Part shown: positions 47,816 through 60,552 of the stretch, piece after piece | Position numbering within the stretch: position 1 is the first letter of the stretch | Layout of the letters: the number at the start of each line of letters is the position of its first letter | Origin: Escherichia coli | Lineage (GTDB): Bacteria; Pseudomonadota; Gammaproteobacteria; Enterobacterales; Enterobacteriaceae | Assembly: GCF_044324875.1 (NCBI RefSeq) | Contig: NZ_CP172185.1 | Reading direction: 5' to 3' (one strand) | Length of the DNA stretch: 64,000 bases | The notes under the pieces: model-generated | What the model saw: the letters and a program-made list of their open reading frames with translations, nothing else | What the model was told of the DNA's origin: nothing | Database searches by the model: none | Made by a program: the position numbers and the translations under genes

Positions 47816-47895
47816 TCTTATTTATTTGTCTTGGTAAATTATTGTCGTTACTACCAGGCACTGTTCTGTTAAATAATTGAATCAGCGAAAAAAAA

Positions 47896-48546
47896 TCAAT
47901 GAGACATCATTTCCTCGACCACTTCTTCGCTACTCAACTGATAGGGATAATACGTTGGCCAGTTTTCCATTTCATTTAATAAAGATTGCTGTGAATCATT
48001 ACCCATAAAAATGTGAAAATGAGATGATTTTCGTGGTGCAATTATATGATCGCTAAATTGAATATATTTAGGGGCTTTGCTTTCAGGATCTTTACATTCG
48101 AATAAATAACGAACGCCTTTCTTACCTGATTTATAGGTGAGTATTTTGTATCCATCGTAATCATATTTACAGGATGTTGTTTCATTATTTCTATGGAATT
48201 CAACAATGCCGTCCTCAATGCCAATCATCTCGATATCTGTCACATAACCTTTGCGATAATAATCTTTAATTTCAGCAAATGTTTTGGTTTTATCTGCATC
48301 CGCTTTCTTCTGAAAGACGGGGTCAAGTTTGCCACTTTGCAGTAAAGGATAAACGGATTGCCATACTCCATCCCAGTCACTTAGCGTTCGGTTTTGTACA
48401 TTGGCATCATCAAAAACACCATTAGCAGCTTTTTGTTCGACCTCTGTTAAGGGTTTGCCGTGTGAGTGATGACCATGCGAAAAGGCAGGAGCGCTAACAA
48501 TAAAGACACCTAAAGCAACAGCCAGTTTATGAAGACGAATCGCCAA
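47896..48546 (-). CDS. zinT: Zinc/cadmium-binding periplasmic protein ZinT (YodA)
   Basis: 216 aa with signal peptide and His-rich [12 protein letters not shown]; recognised as ZinT. Confidence 0.9.
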   Translation of the reverse strand: MAIRLHKLAVALGVFIVSAPAFSHGHHSHGKPLTEVEQKAANGVFDDANVQNRTLSDWDGVWQSVYPLLQSGKLDPVFQKKADADKTKTFAEIKDYYRKGYVTDIEMIGIEDGIVEFHRNNETTSCKYDYDGYKILTYKSGKKGVRYLFECKDPESKAPKYIQFSDHIIAPRKSSHFHIFMGNDSQQSLLNEMENWPTYYPYQLSSEEVVEEMMSH

Positions 48547-48802
48547 AACAGTTTCCTCCAGAGTTAATGTATATAATGTGTAATGTTATATTGTAACATA
48601 TAACAAAATGCAACAACTCTTAGGAAACGAGTGCAAAGTTACCTCAGGTATATTTTCCTATCTTATTGAAATGACATAAATTATGTCGATGATTTGAGGT
48701 TGATGACAAACGAAACATAACCTGATGTGATCTGCGTAGGCCGGATAGGGCGCTCGCGCCGCATCCGGCAGGGATAACGCGTACTTTGTCGGTAATATGA
48801 AG

Positions 48803-49438
48803 TTATAGAGATAATTTGTTGTGAACCTGCTTGCGTAACCGGTTGAAAAGGGAAAGCAACTTCTTATACCGTAAGGCTAAAAGCAGTACCGCCAGCCCAG
48901 CGTAGATGAGTGGCTGCGGTGAAATAATCTTCACTGACCACAGATAATGTATTGGGGCCAGGATCGCGACAAGATAGACGAAATTATGCAACTGTTGCCA
49001 GTGCTTGCCGAGTTTTCGCTGCATCGCCTGGGTTGAAGTAAACGCTAAAGCAAGCAAAATAACCCAGCTGATAATTCCTAACGTTAAATAAGGCCGGGTA
49101 ATTAACTCCTTACCTAATAACGCCAGATTATTCACGCCCAGCTCCAGTAATGCGTAACTGGTTAAATGCAGTGTCGCCCAGGCAAAGCACCATAAGCCTA
49201 ACAGGCGGCGAGTGCGTATCAATAACGGCTGTTTTGCGTAGCGTGCCAGAGGTGTGATTAACAAGGTCGCCAGCAAAAATTTCAGTGCAGTGCGACCAGT
49301 AAAATGCTGAATATCTTTCACTGGATCGGCACCCAGTCCACCGTGATTGATCGCCCAGACCAGCCAGAGAAACGGCAACAATCCGGCAAGATGCAGGCAA
49401 ACTTTCATCCATGTCACCTGTTTTGCTGTCAGACGCAT
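48803..49438 (-). CDS. msrQ: Methionine sulfoxide reductase haem-binding subunit MsrQ (YedZ)
   Basis: 211 aa polytopic membrane protein immediately downstream of msrP. Confidence 0.9.
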   Translation of the reverse strand: MRLTAKQVTWMKVCLHLAGLLPFLWLVWAINHGGLGADPVKDIQHFTGRTALKFLLATLLITPLARYAKQPLLIRTRRLLGLWCFAWATLHLTSYALLELGVNNLALLGKELITRPYLTLGIISWVILLALAFTSTQAMQRKLGKHWQQLHNFVYLVAILAPIHYLWSVKIISPQPLIYAGLAVLLLALRYKKLLSLFNRLRKQVHNKLSL

Positions 49439-50449
<1,011 letters not shown>

Positions 50450-50551
50450 TCACACTTTTTTGTCGTTAGCCAGCAAGAGCCGTTTACTGTTAATCTGTCA
50501 GGGAGTGTCCTCCCTAACAGTAGCAGAGATCTGCTTTTACATATTTATGCA

Positions 50552-50965
50552 TTAACTGCCACGATAGGTTGAATACCCATATTGGCTAAGTAATAAAGGC
50601 ACATGATAATGCTCGTTCACTTTATTAATATGAAATTCAACGGGGATCTCAGGGAAGAAACTTTCAAGATTTTGTTTCTTGAAATAGTCCCCGGTTTTAA
50701 ATACGACACGGTAATCGCCCGTAGTTGCAGTTTGCTCGGGCCACAGTGCCTTAATTCGTCCATCCTTATCTGTTTTGGCGGTATTAAGTTGTAACCAGCC
50801 GTTGTCCGCTTTCTTTTCAAGAGTGACTGTCACGTCGGCAGCGGGTTTTCCTGTTTGCTGGTTCAAAATGTGCACGCTAAGAATGTTTTGTTGTGCAGCA
50901 TAGACCAAAGAAGGTAATGAAAATGCAGCCGTTACTACGGAGAGTACTAAATAACGCTTTAACAT
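50552..50965 (-). CDS. hiuH: 5-hydroxyisourate hydrolase (transthyretin-like) HiuH
   Basis: 137 aa with signal peptide and C-terminal YRGS motif. Confidence 0.85.
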   Translation of the reverse strand: MLKRYLVLSVVTAAFSLPSLVYAAQQNILSVHILNQQTGKPAADVTVTLEKKADNGWLQLNTAKTDKDGRIKALWPEQTATTGDYRVVFKTGDYFKKQNLESFFPEIPVEFHINKVNEHYHVPLLLSQYGYSTYRGS

Positions 50966-51097
50966 GTTTATATCCTTGTCATGTGAATGAGTTTTGAGGA
51001 TAGCGAAAAAGCGTCCAGGGTAACCTTACAGCAGCATTACAATTTTGTAATGAACCAGGCTGTTTCTATAACATATGATTTATGGCATATTATTTTC

Positions 51098-51769
51098 ATG
51101 AAGATTTTACTTATTGAAGATAATCAAAGGACCCAGGAGTGGGTAACGCAGGGGCTTTCCGAAGCGGGTTATGTCATTGATGCCGTTTCTGATGGCAGAG
51201 ATGGGCTTTATCTTGCGCTGAAGGATGATTATGCATTGATCATTCTGGATATTATGCTTCCGGGTATGGATGGCTGGCAGATCTTACAAACGTTAAGAAC
51301 AGCAAAGCAAACCCCTGTTATTTGCCTTACTGCAAGGGATTCTGTCGATGACAGAGTCAGAGGGCTGGACAGTGGAGCAAATGATTATCTGGTAAAACCT
51401 TTTTCATTTTCTGAGTTGCTGGCAAGGGTTCGGGCACAATTAAGGCAACATCATGCTTTGAATTCAACATTAGAAATCAGTGGCTTAAGAATGGACTCTG
51501 TTAGTCAAAGTGTGAGCAGGGACAATATCAGTATTACACTGACGCGCAAGGAGTTTCAGTTACTTTGGCTACTGGCCTCCAGAGCTGGCGAAATTATACC
51601 CAGAACGGTTATTGCGAGTGAAATTTGGGGAATCAACTTTGATAGTGATACCAATACGGTGGACGTCGCCATTCGCAGGCTCCGCGCAAAAGTTGATGAT
51701 CCTTTTCCTGAAAAGCTAATCGCCACAATCCGGGGGATGGGCTATTCATTCGTAGCGGTAAAAAAATAA
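51098..51769 (+). CDS. hprR: Two-component response regulator HprR (YedW), OmpR family
   Basis: Internal ATG at 51098 (MKILLIEDNQRTQEW) of track ORF 50987..51769; receiver plus winged-helix domains. Confidence 0.85.
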   Translation: MKILLIEDNQRTQEWVTQGLSEAGYVIDAVSDGRDGLYLALKDDYALIILDIMLPGMDGWQILQTLRTAKQTPVICLTARDSVDDRVRGLDSGANDYLVKPFSFSELLARVRAQLRQHHALNSTLEISGLRMDSVSQSVSRDNISITLTRKEFQLLWLLASRAGEIIPRTVIASEIWGINFDSDTNTVDVAIRRLRAKVDDPFPEKLIATIRGMGYSFVAVKK

Positions 51770-53127
51770 TGAAAAGATTATCTATAACCGTCCGTTTAAC
51801 CTTGCTTTTTATATTGGTGCTGTCTGTTGCTGGCGCTGGAATTGTCTGGACTCTCTATAATGGCCTGGCAAGTGAGTTGAAATGGCGCGATGATACAACA
51901 CTCATTAACCGGACAGCGCAGATCAAGCAGTTGTTAATTGATGGGGTAAATCCAGATACGTTACCTGTGTACTTTAACCGGATGATGGATGTTAGTCAGG
52001 ATATCTTGATCATTCATGGTGATAGCATCAACAAAATTGTTAACCGGACGAATGTCAGTGATGACATGTTAAATAACATACCTGCTACTGAGACAATCAG
52101 CGCAGCTGGCATTTACAGAAGCATTATTAATGATACAGAGATAGATGCTTTACGAATTAATATTGATGAAGTTTCGCCATCATTAACGGTTACTGTGGCT
52201 AAATTGGCTTCAGCCAGACATAACATGCTTGAACAGTATAAAATTAATAGCATTATAATTTGCATTGTCGCCATTATACTTTGTTCAGTATTAAGTCCGC
52301 TGTTAATCAGAACGGGGTTACGAGAGATCAAAAAGTTGAGTGGTGTAACGGAAGCGCTGAATTATAACGATAACCGGGAGCCTGTTGAGGTTAGCGCATT
52401 ACCGAGAGAACTAAAACCTCTTGGGCAGGCGTTGAATAAAATGCACCAAGCCTTAGTCAAAGATTTTGAACGCCTAAGTCAATTTGCTGACGATCTCGCT
52501 CATGAACTTAGAACGCCAATTAATGCATTACTGGGTCAGAATCAGGTTACGCTCAGTCAAACCAGAAGTATCGCTGAATATCAAAAAACAATTGCCGGAA
52601 ACATTGAAGAGCTGGAAAATATTTCGCGGTTAACAGAGAACATACTGTTTCTTGCCAGGGCAGATAAAAATAATGTTTTGGTGAAACTGGACTCGCTTTC
52701 TCTCAATAAGGAAGTCGAAAATTTGTTGGACTATCTTGAATACCTTTCAGACGAGAAAGAGATTTGCTTTAAGGTCGAGTGCAATCAGCAAATCTTTGCG
52801 GATAAAATTTTACTACAACGAATGTTATCGAATCTTATTGTTAACGCTATTCGATATTCGCCAGAAAAATCGCGCATTCTTATAACCAGTTTTCTTGATA
52901 CCAACGGCTCTCTTAATATTGATATCGCCAGCCCTGGTACGAAAATTAATGAGCATGAAAAACTCTTCCGTAGATTTTGGCGCGGAGATAATTCGCGTCA
53001 TTCCGTAGGTCAGGGACTTGGTCTTTCTTTAGTCAAAGCGATTGCCGAATTGCATGGGGGAAGTGCTACGTATCACTATCTCAATAAGCTTAATGTGTTC
53101 CGGATTACGTTACCGCAAAGAAATTAA
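51769..53127 (+). CDS. hprS: Sensor histidine kinase HprS (YedV)
   Basis: 452 aa with two TM segments, H-box (LAHELRTPINAL) and ATPase motifs. Confidence 0.9.
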   Translation: MKRLSITVRLTLLFILVLSVAGAGIVWTLYNGLASELKWRDDTTLINRTAQIKQLLIDGVNPDTLPVYFNRMMDVSQDILIIHGDSINKIVNRTNVSDDMLNNIPATETISAAGIYRSIINDTEIDALRINIDEVSPSLTVTVAKLASARHNMLEQYKINSIIICIVAIILCSVLSPLLIRTGLREIKKLSGVTEALNYNDNREPVEVSALPRELKPLGQALNKMHQALVKDFERLSQFADDLAHELRTPINALLGQNQVTLSQTRSIAEYQKTIAGNIEELENISRLTENILFLARADKNNVLVKLDSLSLNKEVENLLDYLEYLSDEKEICFKVECNQQIFADKILLQRMLSNLIVNAIRYSPEKSRILITSFLDTNGSLNIDIASPGTKINEHEKLFRRFWRGDNSRHSVGQGLGLSLVKAIAELHGGSATYHYLNKLNVFRITLPQRN

Positions 53128-53233
53128 CATAGGGCTTCAGTACGCCATAAATTAACCGTGAAAAACGCAGCCACGTCGTGAGTATTAACGTGGCTGCGAT
53201 TGATTATGCGCTTACATTACAATGTAACAGGGA

Positions 53234-54085
53234 TTAACTCGAGTAAGCGGCCAGCATTTCCTGCGCCGCCAGTTTACCCAACGCATTCGCTGCGAAAGGA
53301 CTGTCGCCGGTGAGAACTTTACGGTCCTTATGTACTCGCCCGGTGATGTCGTCATTAATAATGTTCATGCCCATTTTCTTCAGCTCTTCGCCGAAGTACC
53401 AGGTGAGATGACCCGGCATATAGCCTATCTCTGGCGTTTGTTTGTCTGCGGCGTCTGGGAATGCGCAAATGGAATAACCATTCAGTGGGTTATCGCCGTG
53501 GCGAAGTGCCAGAAAAGCCGCCGGACCGTGGCAAAGGGATATAACAAAACGGTCATTTTTGATTGCCCACTGTAAAGCGGCAGCCACGTCCTGGCTTTCT
53601 GGTAAACCAATAAGTGCGCCATGACCACCAGGAACAAAGATTGCTGCATATTCGCTGTCAGCGTTGAGGCTGGCGACAACATCCGCGAGTTTATTCGGAT
53701 TGCGGAACAACGATTTATGCTGCTCAAAGAATGGCATTACTTTTTCATCTTTGTGTGGCATAGCCCAGTATTCAAACTTGGTCATCAGACCGGAAATGGT
53801 CGCCACTTCGAATTCGAAACCTGCAGCATGGAGATGATACAACGGCAGCAACGTTTCAATCGGATGGTTACCGGTCGAAAACAGTTTGCCGTTATCGGTC
53901 GGCAAATAACGTTCGTCCGCGGCGATCACCAGAATTTTATGTTTACCACGATAAGGTTTTGGGTAGTCCACGCCATCAAGATCAGAGACAGGACTAGTAT
54001 ATTGGCTAAGCGAATATTCTGAAGGGAAGAATGCATTATCTTCAGCAATATCGACCTGCGGATTTTTACTTGTTTGAACAGTCAT
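53234..54085 (-). CDS. hchA: Hsp31 chaperone / glyoxalase III HchA
   Basis: 283 aa; MTVQTSKNPQVDIAEDNAFFPSEYSLSQYTSPVSDLDGVDYPKPYRGKHKILVIAADERYL recognised as HchA. Confidence 0.9.
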   Translation of the reverse strand: MTVQTSKNPQVDIAEDNAFFPSEYSLSQYTSPVSDLDGVDYPKPYRGKHKILVIAADERYLPTDNGKLFSTGNHPIETLLPLYHLHAAGFEFEVATISGLMTKFEYWAMPHKDEKVMPFFEQHKSLFRNPNKLADVVASLNADSEYAAIFVPGGHGALIGLPESQDVAAALQWAIKNDRFVISLCHGPAAFLALRHGDNPLNGYSICAFPDAADKQTPEIGYMPGHLTWYFGEELKKMGMNIINDDITGRVHKDRKVLTGDSPFAANALGKLAAQEMLAAYSS

Positions 54086-54676
54086 AGTGTATTCCTTATT
54101 GTTGCTTAGTTAGGGTAGTCACTATATTTGCGACTGAGCTGGTCGCTATTTTTAACCAGGCTGGAAAATTGAGTCAATATATCGAAAGCGGTAGTCGGCG
54201 GGTGTAAGTATGTAATGATGATGCTGCACTGGTGTTGAATATTATTCACGCCAAATTTTCCTTATTGAGCAACGTCGTCGCAAGTGGCCTCAATGATTTT
54301 AGACCATTATCAGAGGTCCGGGGCGGCAGGGAGAGATTTAGTGCTGTGGAATATTGTGGTGCTGATGAATATTTATATCCCGGATTGGTAGAGAAAAAGC
54401 TTTTTCCATGCACTTTTTTTGCAAATATTTCTGTATGGGAGGCGGTTTTGTTGCAGATTAATTCATAAAGAAATGCATTTGGGTGTTGGCTGGAAGAGTC
54501 GCGGGTAGATGTTATTGTGCCAGCAGGGGCAGGGTAAGGTACTGTATCGATATGCTTTGGCAATTGCATGTGCCGCAGAGGGAGATGAAATGCCAATAAA
54601 AAAGCCTGAGTTCGATGAGGGACGAACTCAGGCTAGTGTTAACTTTTACAGTAACACGCCGCGGCGCGTTGGCTGA

Positions 54677-55870
54677 TTAGAACTGGTAGACTAAGCCCAC
54701 AGCAACGATATCATCGGTAGCGATGCCGTTTGCTTTGTAGAAGTCGTCGTCGTTGTCCAGCAGGTTGATTTTGTAATCAACGTAGGTGGACATGTTTTTG
54801 TTGAAGTAGTAAGTCGCACCAATATCAACGTATTTAACCAGATCTTTATTGGTGTAACGTGGGTCGCCGTTGCCGTCATGAGCCCAACCACCTAAATCCT
54901 TACCTTTAGATTGCAGGTAAGCGATGGACGGGCGTAGGCCGAAGTCGAACTGATACTGAGCAACAACTTCAAAGTTTTGGGTTTTGTTCGCAATACCACC
55001 TCTGTCAATGTCGTTATTGTCTTTTCCGCTGCCATATGCAGTCATATTACGTGTTTCTGCATACATTGCCGCTAAATAGACATTATTCGCATCATATTTA
55101 GCACCGACTGTCCATGCTTCAGCTGTTTCACCACCAGCATATTTATTCGAGCGTTGCTCACCTAAACCAGTAGCACGTTGGTTATCAGTACGGTCAGAGT
55201 TTGAATATGCAGCCCCGAGGCTTAACCCGAAGTCAAAGTCATAGGAAGTGGACATACCGAAACCGTCACCATTTTCTTTAGACAGTTTACGATTATTACC
55301 ATTACCAGAACCTTCTTGATCCCAAAGCCCACCCGATCCTTCATTATTACCCTGATATTGCAGAGCAAAGTTCAGGCCATCGACCTGACCAAAGAAGCCA
55401 TTGTTACGGTAGGTTGCAACACCATTAGCACGACCGTTCAGGAAGTTGTCGGCACCAGCATAGGTATCGCCACCAAATTCTGGCAGCATATCGGTCCATG
55501 CTTCGATGTCATATACGACACCGTAGTTACGACCATAGTCGAAAGTACCATTCTGACCAAAGCCTAAACCTGCAAATGCCAGACGCGTTGCGGTATTACC
55601 TTTGTCGCTTTCAGGACCGTTTGCGCCAATGTTAAATTCCCACTGACCATAACCAGTGAATTGGTCAGCGATCTGAGTTTCACCTTTGAAACCGATACGG
55701 GCATATGACATGTCGCCATCGCTGCCAGCATCATCAGAGAAGTAGTGCAGGCCCGCTACTTTTCCGTACAAATCCAGTTTATTACCATCTTTATTATAGA
55801 CTTCAGCCGCATTTGCTGCGCCAGCAACTAATAACGCCGGGACCAGCATTGCCAGAACTTTTCTTTTCAT
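54677..55870 (-). CDS. yedS: OmpC-family outer membrane porin YedS, apparently intact
   Basis: Internal start [37 protein letters not shown] (signal peptide) of track ORF 54677..55900; C-terminal porin motif ending F. Confidence 0.8.
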   Translation of the reverse strand: MKRKVLAMLVPALLVAGAANAAEVYNKDGNKLDLYGKVAGLHYFSDDAGSDGDMSYARIGFKGETQIADQFTGYGQWEFNIGANGPESDKGNTATRLAFAGLGFGQNGTFDYGRNYGVVYDIEAWTDMLPEFGGDTYAGADNFLNGRANGVATYRNNGFFGQVDGLNFALQYQGNNEGSGGLWDQEGSGNGNNRKLSKENGDGFGMSTSYDFDFGLSLGAAYSNSDRTDNQRATGLGEQRSNKYAGGETAEAWTVGAKYDANNVYLAAMYAETRNMTAYGSGKDNNDIDRGGIANKTQNFEVVAQYQFDFGLRPSIAYLQSKGKDLGGWAHDGNGDPRYTNKDLVKYVDIGATYYFNKNMSTYVDYKINLLDNDDDFYKANGIATDDIVAVGLVYQF

Positions 55871-56498
55871 TATGTATTCCCTTGTGATTATAATCTTCAT
55901 GAATATATCAATAAGTGCCGTTATCCAAAAAAAAGCACATTTGGATACTATTCTATGAAGTTCATTTTATTTTAAAGATTACATGTAACAAATATATTTA
56001 AAAGATTTCAAAATGTTTCTAATCTATTTAATATAATTCAGAATTATGAATTCTAAATATAAATATTCATGAAAATTATAAATGTATATCAATATGTTAT
56101 GAGTTGAGCGGAAACATAGGGGGTATCAATGATTGTTGCGCCAAACGGCTGGTGTGATCACGCGCACATTAATGAAGGCATAAAAAAAGCCGGCATCATG
56201 CCGGCCCAAAAAAAATAAACAAGACGATAAAAGGCTAATAACGGAAGCATCATGACACAGAATAATAAAAAGGTATAATTGTAATCAGTGCTAATATATT
56301 GATTGAATGAATTAATAAAGCCGATATCAAAGATAAATAAAATCGCTCAAAACGATTTTTCCTGTATTCACTGCCGTTGCGCAAAAATTATCTATTTGTT
56401 CAAAAAATGATTGAGTCTTGACTGGCTCATCCAATGTGGAAAAATGTGACTTTTATCACATAATAGTACTAAGTCTGAATTTTCCGGGTTATCTCAAA

Positions 56499-56801
56499 AT
56501 GGAATACGGTTCGACAAAGATGGAAGAGAGACTCTCTCGCAGCCCTGGCGGCAAATTGGCTTTGTGGGCTTTCTATACATGGTGTGGCTATTTCGTCTGG
56601 GCAATGGCGCGTTACATCTGGGTGATGAGCCGGATCCCTGATGCCCCGGTGTCGGGATTTGAAAGCGATTTAGGCTCTACCGCGGGAAAGTGGTTAGGGG
56701 CACTGGTTGGCTTTTTATTTATGGCTCTGGTCGGGGCATTGTTAGGCAGCATTGCCTGGTACACCCGACCTCGTCCCGCACGTAGCAGACGCTATGAATA
56801 A
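56499..56801 (+). CDS. yedR: Inner membrane protein YedR
   Basis: Internal ATG (MEYGSTKMEERL...) of track ORF 56418..56801; two hydrophobic segments. Start is uncertain. Confidence 0.6.
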   Translation: MEYGSTKMEERLSRSPGGKLALWAFYTWCGYFVWAMARYIWVMSRIPDAPVSGFESDLGSTAGKWLGALVGFLFMALVGALLGSIAWYTRPRPARSRRYE

Positions 56802-56840
56802 AAACTGCTAAGGTTGCGATTCTTTGGCAACGGAGCGCGT

Positions 56841-57535
56841 ATGGACTTACAACACTGGCAGGCACAGTTCGAAAACTGGTTGAAAAACCATCATCAGCAC
56901 CAGGACGCGGCCCATGACGTATGTCATTTTCGCCGCGTCTGGGCTACGGCACAGAAGCTGGCGGCAGATGACGATGTCGATTGCTGGTGATTTTAACCGC
57001 CTGTTATTTTCACGATATTGTGAGCCTGGCGAAAAATCATCCGCAACGGCAGCGTTCTTCAATCCTGGCGGCAGAAGAGACGCGTCGCCTGCTCCGTGAA
57101 GAGTTCGTGCAATTTCCGGCGGAGAAAATTGAGGCCGTTTGTCATGCCATTGCCGCGCACAGTTTCAGCGCGCAAATCGCCCCCTTAACAACGGAAGCTA
57201 AAATCGTCCAGGATGCGGATCGGCTGGAAGCCCTGGGGGCGATTGGCCTGGCGCGCGTGTTTGCCGTTTCAGGGGCATTGGGCGTGGCGCTGTTTGATGG
57301 TGAAGATCCGTTCGCACAGCATCGCCCGCTTGATGATAAACGCTACGCGCTGGATCATTTCCAGACTAAGTTGCTGAAGCTACCGCAAACCATGCAAACC
57401 GCAAGAGGCAAGCAGCTGGCGCAGCACAACGCGCAATTTTTAGTCGAGTTTATGGCGAAGCTCAGTGCCGAACTGGCGGGGGAGAATGAAGGTGTCGATC
57501 ACAAGGTGATAGATGCGTTTTCACCCGCGGGCTGA
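56841..57535 (+). pseudogene. yedJ: HD-domain phosphohydrolase YedJ with apparent frameshift near 56980
   Basis: ATG at 56841 encodes the HD motif ([47 protein letters not shown]) then hits TGA at 56988. The rest of the HD domain continues in the +2 frame (track ORF 56981..57535). Frames overlap by 1 nt, consistent with a single-base deletion or sequencing error. Confidence 0.65.
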
Positions 57536-57601
57536 GCGCGTGGCCCTAAATGGCTGTAATTATGTTAACCTGTCGGCCATCTCAGATGGCCGGTTAAATC
57601 T

Positions 57602-59020
57602 ATGCAGGAAAATATATCAGTAACCGATTCATACAGCACCGGGAATGCCGCACAGGCAATGCTGGAGAAACTGCTGCAAATTTATGATGTTAAAACGCTG
57701 GTGGCGCAGCTTAATGGTGTGGGTGAGAATCACTGGAGCGCGGCAATTTTAAAACGTGCACTGGCGAATGACTCGGCATGGCACCGTTTAAGTGAGAAAG
57801 AGTTCGCCCATCTGCAAACGTTGTTACCCAAACCACCGGCACATCATCCGCATTATGCGTTTCGCTTTATCGATCTATTCGCCGGAATTGGCGGCATTCG
57901 TCGCGGTTTTGAATCGATTGGCGGACAGTGCGTCTTTACCAGCGAATGGAACAAACATGCGGTTCGCACTTATAAAGCCAACCATTATTGCGATCCGGCG
58001 ACGCATCATTTTAATGAAGATATCCGCGACATCACCCTCAGCCATAAAGAAGGCGTGAGTGATGAGGCGGCGGCGGAACATATTCGTCAACACATTCCTG
58101 AACACGATGTATTACTGGCGGGTTTTCCTTGTCAGCCATTTTCGCTGGCTGGCGTATCGAAAAAGAACTCGCTCGGGCGGGCGCACGGTTTTGCCTGCGA
58201 TACCCAGGGCACGCTGTTCTTTGATGTGGTGCGCATTATCGACGCGCGTCGTCCGGCGATGTTTGTGCTCGAAAACGTCAAAAACCTGAAAAGTCACGAT
58301 AAAGGAAAAACGTTCCGCATCATCATGCAGACGCTGGAGGAACTGGGCTATGACGTGGCTGATGCAGAAGATAACGGGCCGGACGATCCGAAAATCATCG
58401 ATGGTAAACATTTCCTGCCGCAGCACCGTGAACGCATCGTGCTGGTGGGGTTTCGTCGCGATCTGAATCTGAAAGCCGATTTTACTCTGCGTGATATCAG
58501 CAAATGTTTCCCTGCACAGCGAGTGACGCTGGCGCAGCTGCTGGACCCGATGGTCGAGGCGAAATATATCCTGACGCCGGTGCTGTGGAAGTACCTCTAT
58601 CGTTATGCGAAAAAACATCAGGCACGCGGTAACGGCTTCGGTTATGGAATGGTTTATCCGAACAATCCGCAAAGCGTCACGCGTACGCTGTCTGCTCGTT
58701 ATTACAAAGATGGCGCGGAAATTTTAATCGATCGCGGTTGGGATATGGCCACGGGTGAGAAAGACTTTGACGATCCGCTGAATCAGCAACATCGTCCACG
58801 TCGGTTAACGCCTCGGGAATGCGCGCGCTTAATGGGTTTTGAAGCGCCGGGAGAAGCGAAATTCCGCATTCCGGTTTCGGACACTCAGGCCTATCGCCAG
58901 TTCGGTAACTCGGTGGTCGTACCGGTCTTTGCCGCGGTGGCAAAACTGCTTGAGCCAAAAATCAAACAGGCGGTGGCGTTGCGTCAGCAAGAGGCACAAC
59001 ATGGCCGACGTTCACGATAA
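57602..59020 (+). CDS. dcm: DNA-cytosine methyltransferase Dcm
   Basis: 472 aa with C5-MTase motifs FAGIGG and [11 protein letters not shown]. Confidence 0.9.
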   Translation: MQENISVTDSYSTGNAAQAMLEKLLQIYDVKTLVAQLNGVGENHWSAAILKRALANDSAWHRLSEKEFAHLQTLLPKPPAHHPHYAFRFIDLFAGIGGIRRGFESIGGQCVFTSEWNKHAVRTYKANHYCDPATHHFNEDIRDITLSHKEGVSDEAAAEHIRQHIPEHDVLLAGFPCQPFSLAGVSKKNSLGRAHGFACDTQGTLFFDVVRIIDARRPAMFVLENVKNLKSHDKGKTFRIIMQTLEELGYDVADAEDNGPDDPKIIDGKHFLPQHRERIVLVGFRRDLNLKADFTLRDISKCFPAQRVTLAQLLDPMVEAKYILTPVLWKYLYRYAKKHQARGNGFGYGMVYPNNPQSVTRTLSARYYKDGAEILIDRGWDMATGEKDFDDPLNQQHRPRRLTPRECARLMGFEAPGEAKFRIPVSDTQAYRQFGNSVVVPVFAAVAKLLEPKIKQAVALRQQEAQHGRRSR

Positions 59021-59471
59021 GGCCACTCGCAGCAAAAATATGCGCGCGATTGCCACGCGTGATACGGCGATTGAGAAGCGCCTCGCCAGTCTGTTAACCG
59101 GGCTGGGCCTGGCGTTTCGCGTTCAGGACGCCAGTCTGCCCGGACGCCCGGATTTTGTCGTTGATGAATATCGCTGCGTGATATTTACCCACGGCTGCTT
59201 CTGGCACCATCATCACTGCTATTTGTTTAAAGTGCCTGCGACTCGAACCGAGTTCTGGCTGGAGAAGATAGGTAAAAATGTTGAACGCGATCGCCGCGAT
59301 ATCAGTCGCTTGCAGGAACTCGGCTGGCGCGTATTGATTGTCTGGGAGTGTGCGTTACGTGGGCGCGAGAAGCTGACGGATGAAGCGCTTAGCGAGCGTC
59401 TGGAAGAGTGGATCTGCGGCGAAGGTGCCAGCGCGCAGATCGACACGCAGGGGATTCATTTACTCGCTTGA
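59001..59471 (+). CDS. vsr: Very-short-patch repair endonuclease Vsr
   Basis: ATG at 59001 overlapping the dcm 3' end; [32 protein letters not shown]...[12 protein letters not shown]. Confidence 0.9.
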   Translation: MADVHDKATRSKNMRAIATRDTAIEKRLASLLTGLGLAFRVQDASLPGRPDFVVDEYRCVIFTHGCFWHHHHCYLFKVPATRTEFWLEKIGKNVERDRRDISRLQELGWRVLIVWECALRGREKLTDEALSERLEEWICGEGASAQIDTQGIHLLA

Positions 59472-60380
59472 TGCGTCCTGAATAACGGGCGCAACTACGG
59501 GTTTTGCCGGGAAGAGATATTTTCCCAACGTGACCAGTAACACCGCGAAGACAATCACGCCGAGCGCCAGCCATTCAATCTTCGACAGCGTCTCTCCGCC
59601 CAGTCCCGTACCCAGCAAGACCGCGACCACCGGGTTAACGTAGGCGTAGCTGGTGGCGAGAGCCGGACTGACGTTGCGGATTAAATACATATAAGCGTTA
59701 ATGGCGATAATTGAACCAAACAGCGCCAGATAGCCGACCGCAAGGAAGCCTGAAAGGGAAGGGAGCGCCGTCAGTTTTTCACCCGCAATCATCGACGCGA
59801 TCATTAACACCACGCCTGCTGCCAGCATCTCAATCGCACCCGCCATCATCCCTACAGGTAAGGTAATGCGCGAGCCATAAACCGAGCCAAACGCCCAGCT
59901 AATCGAGCCGATTAAAATCAGAATCGCGCCCCACGGATTGCCGCTTAAATTTCCACCGCTATAGAGCATGATGATTCCGGCAAGCCCAATGGCGATACCC
60001 ACCCATTCCAGTTTGCGCGTTTTAATGCCAAACAGGCGGCTGAAGCACAGGGTAAAGAGGGGCACGGTTGCAACCACTACGGCGGCGATGCCGGAAGGAA
60101 CATTTTGATGTTCGGCAACCGTCACCATGCCATTACCGACAGCCAGCAATAACAGGCCAATCAGCGCGGCATTGAGCAGCGGACGTAGCGGGGGGAGTTT
60201 GTGTCCGCGCAGTAGCAAAAATGCCAGCAATAAAATACCGGCTGCCAGGAATCGAACGCCCGCCATCATTAACGGCGGCCAGCTTTCCACGCCAATCCGA
60301 ATGACAAAATAGGTTGAGCCCCAAATGATATACAACGCAAACAACGCGCCAAAAAGCGGTAACAACTGGCGGAAACGCAT
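59460..60380 (-). CDS. yedA: EamA/DMT-family transporter YedA
   Basis: 306 aa polytopic membrane protein with the duplicated EamA pattern. Confidence 0.85.
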   Translation of the reverse strand: MRFRQLLPLFGALFALYIIWGSTYFVIRIGVESWPPLMMAGVRFLAAGILLLAFLLLRGHKLPPLRPLLNAALIGLLLLAVGNGMVTVAEHQNVPSGIAAVVVATVPLFTLCFSRLFGIKTRKLEWVGIAIGLAGIIMLYSGGNLSGNPWGAILILIGSISWAFGSVYGSRITLPVGMMAGAIEMLAAGVVLMIASMIAGEKLTALPSLSGFLAVGYLALFGSIIAINAYMYLIRNVSPALATSYAYVNPVVAVLLGTGLGGETLSKIEWLALGVIVFAVLLVTLGKYLFPAKPVVAPVIQDASSE

Positions 60381-60552
60381 AATCCCTCACGGTGGAAATA
60401 AAAAGGTGGTTCATAGTAAACGTGAAAATCATTCTGCTGGCGAGAGATATAATTGCACTTGATTGTTAAAAAAATGTTGACCTGTGAAGCAAGTATCAGA
60501 GCTACCGTTTTTGCTTCATACTTACACCCTTCAACAATAAAAATGAGAGGGA

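Noticed and set aside
58112-58672. 186 aa minus-strand ORF
   Set aside because: Antisense to dcm.
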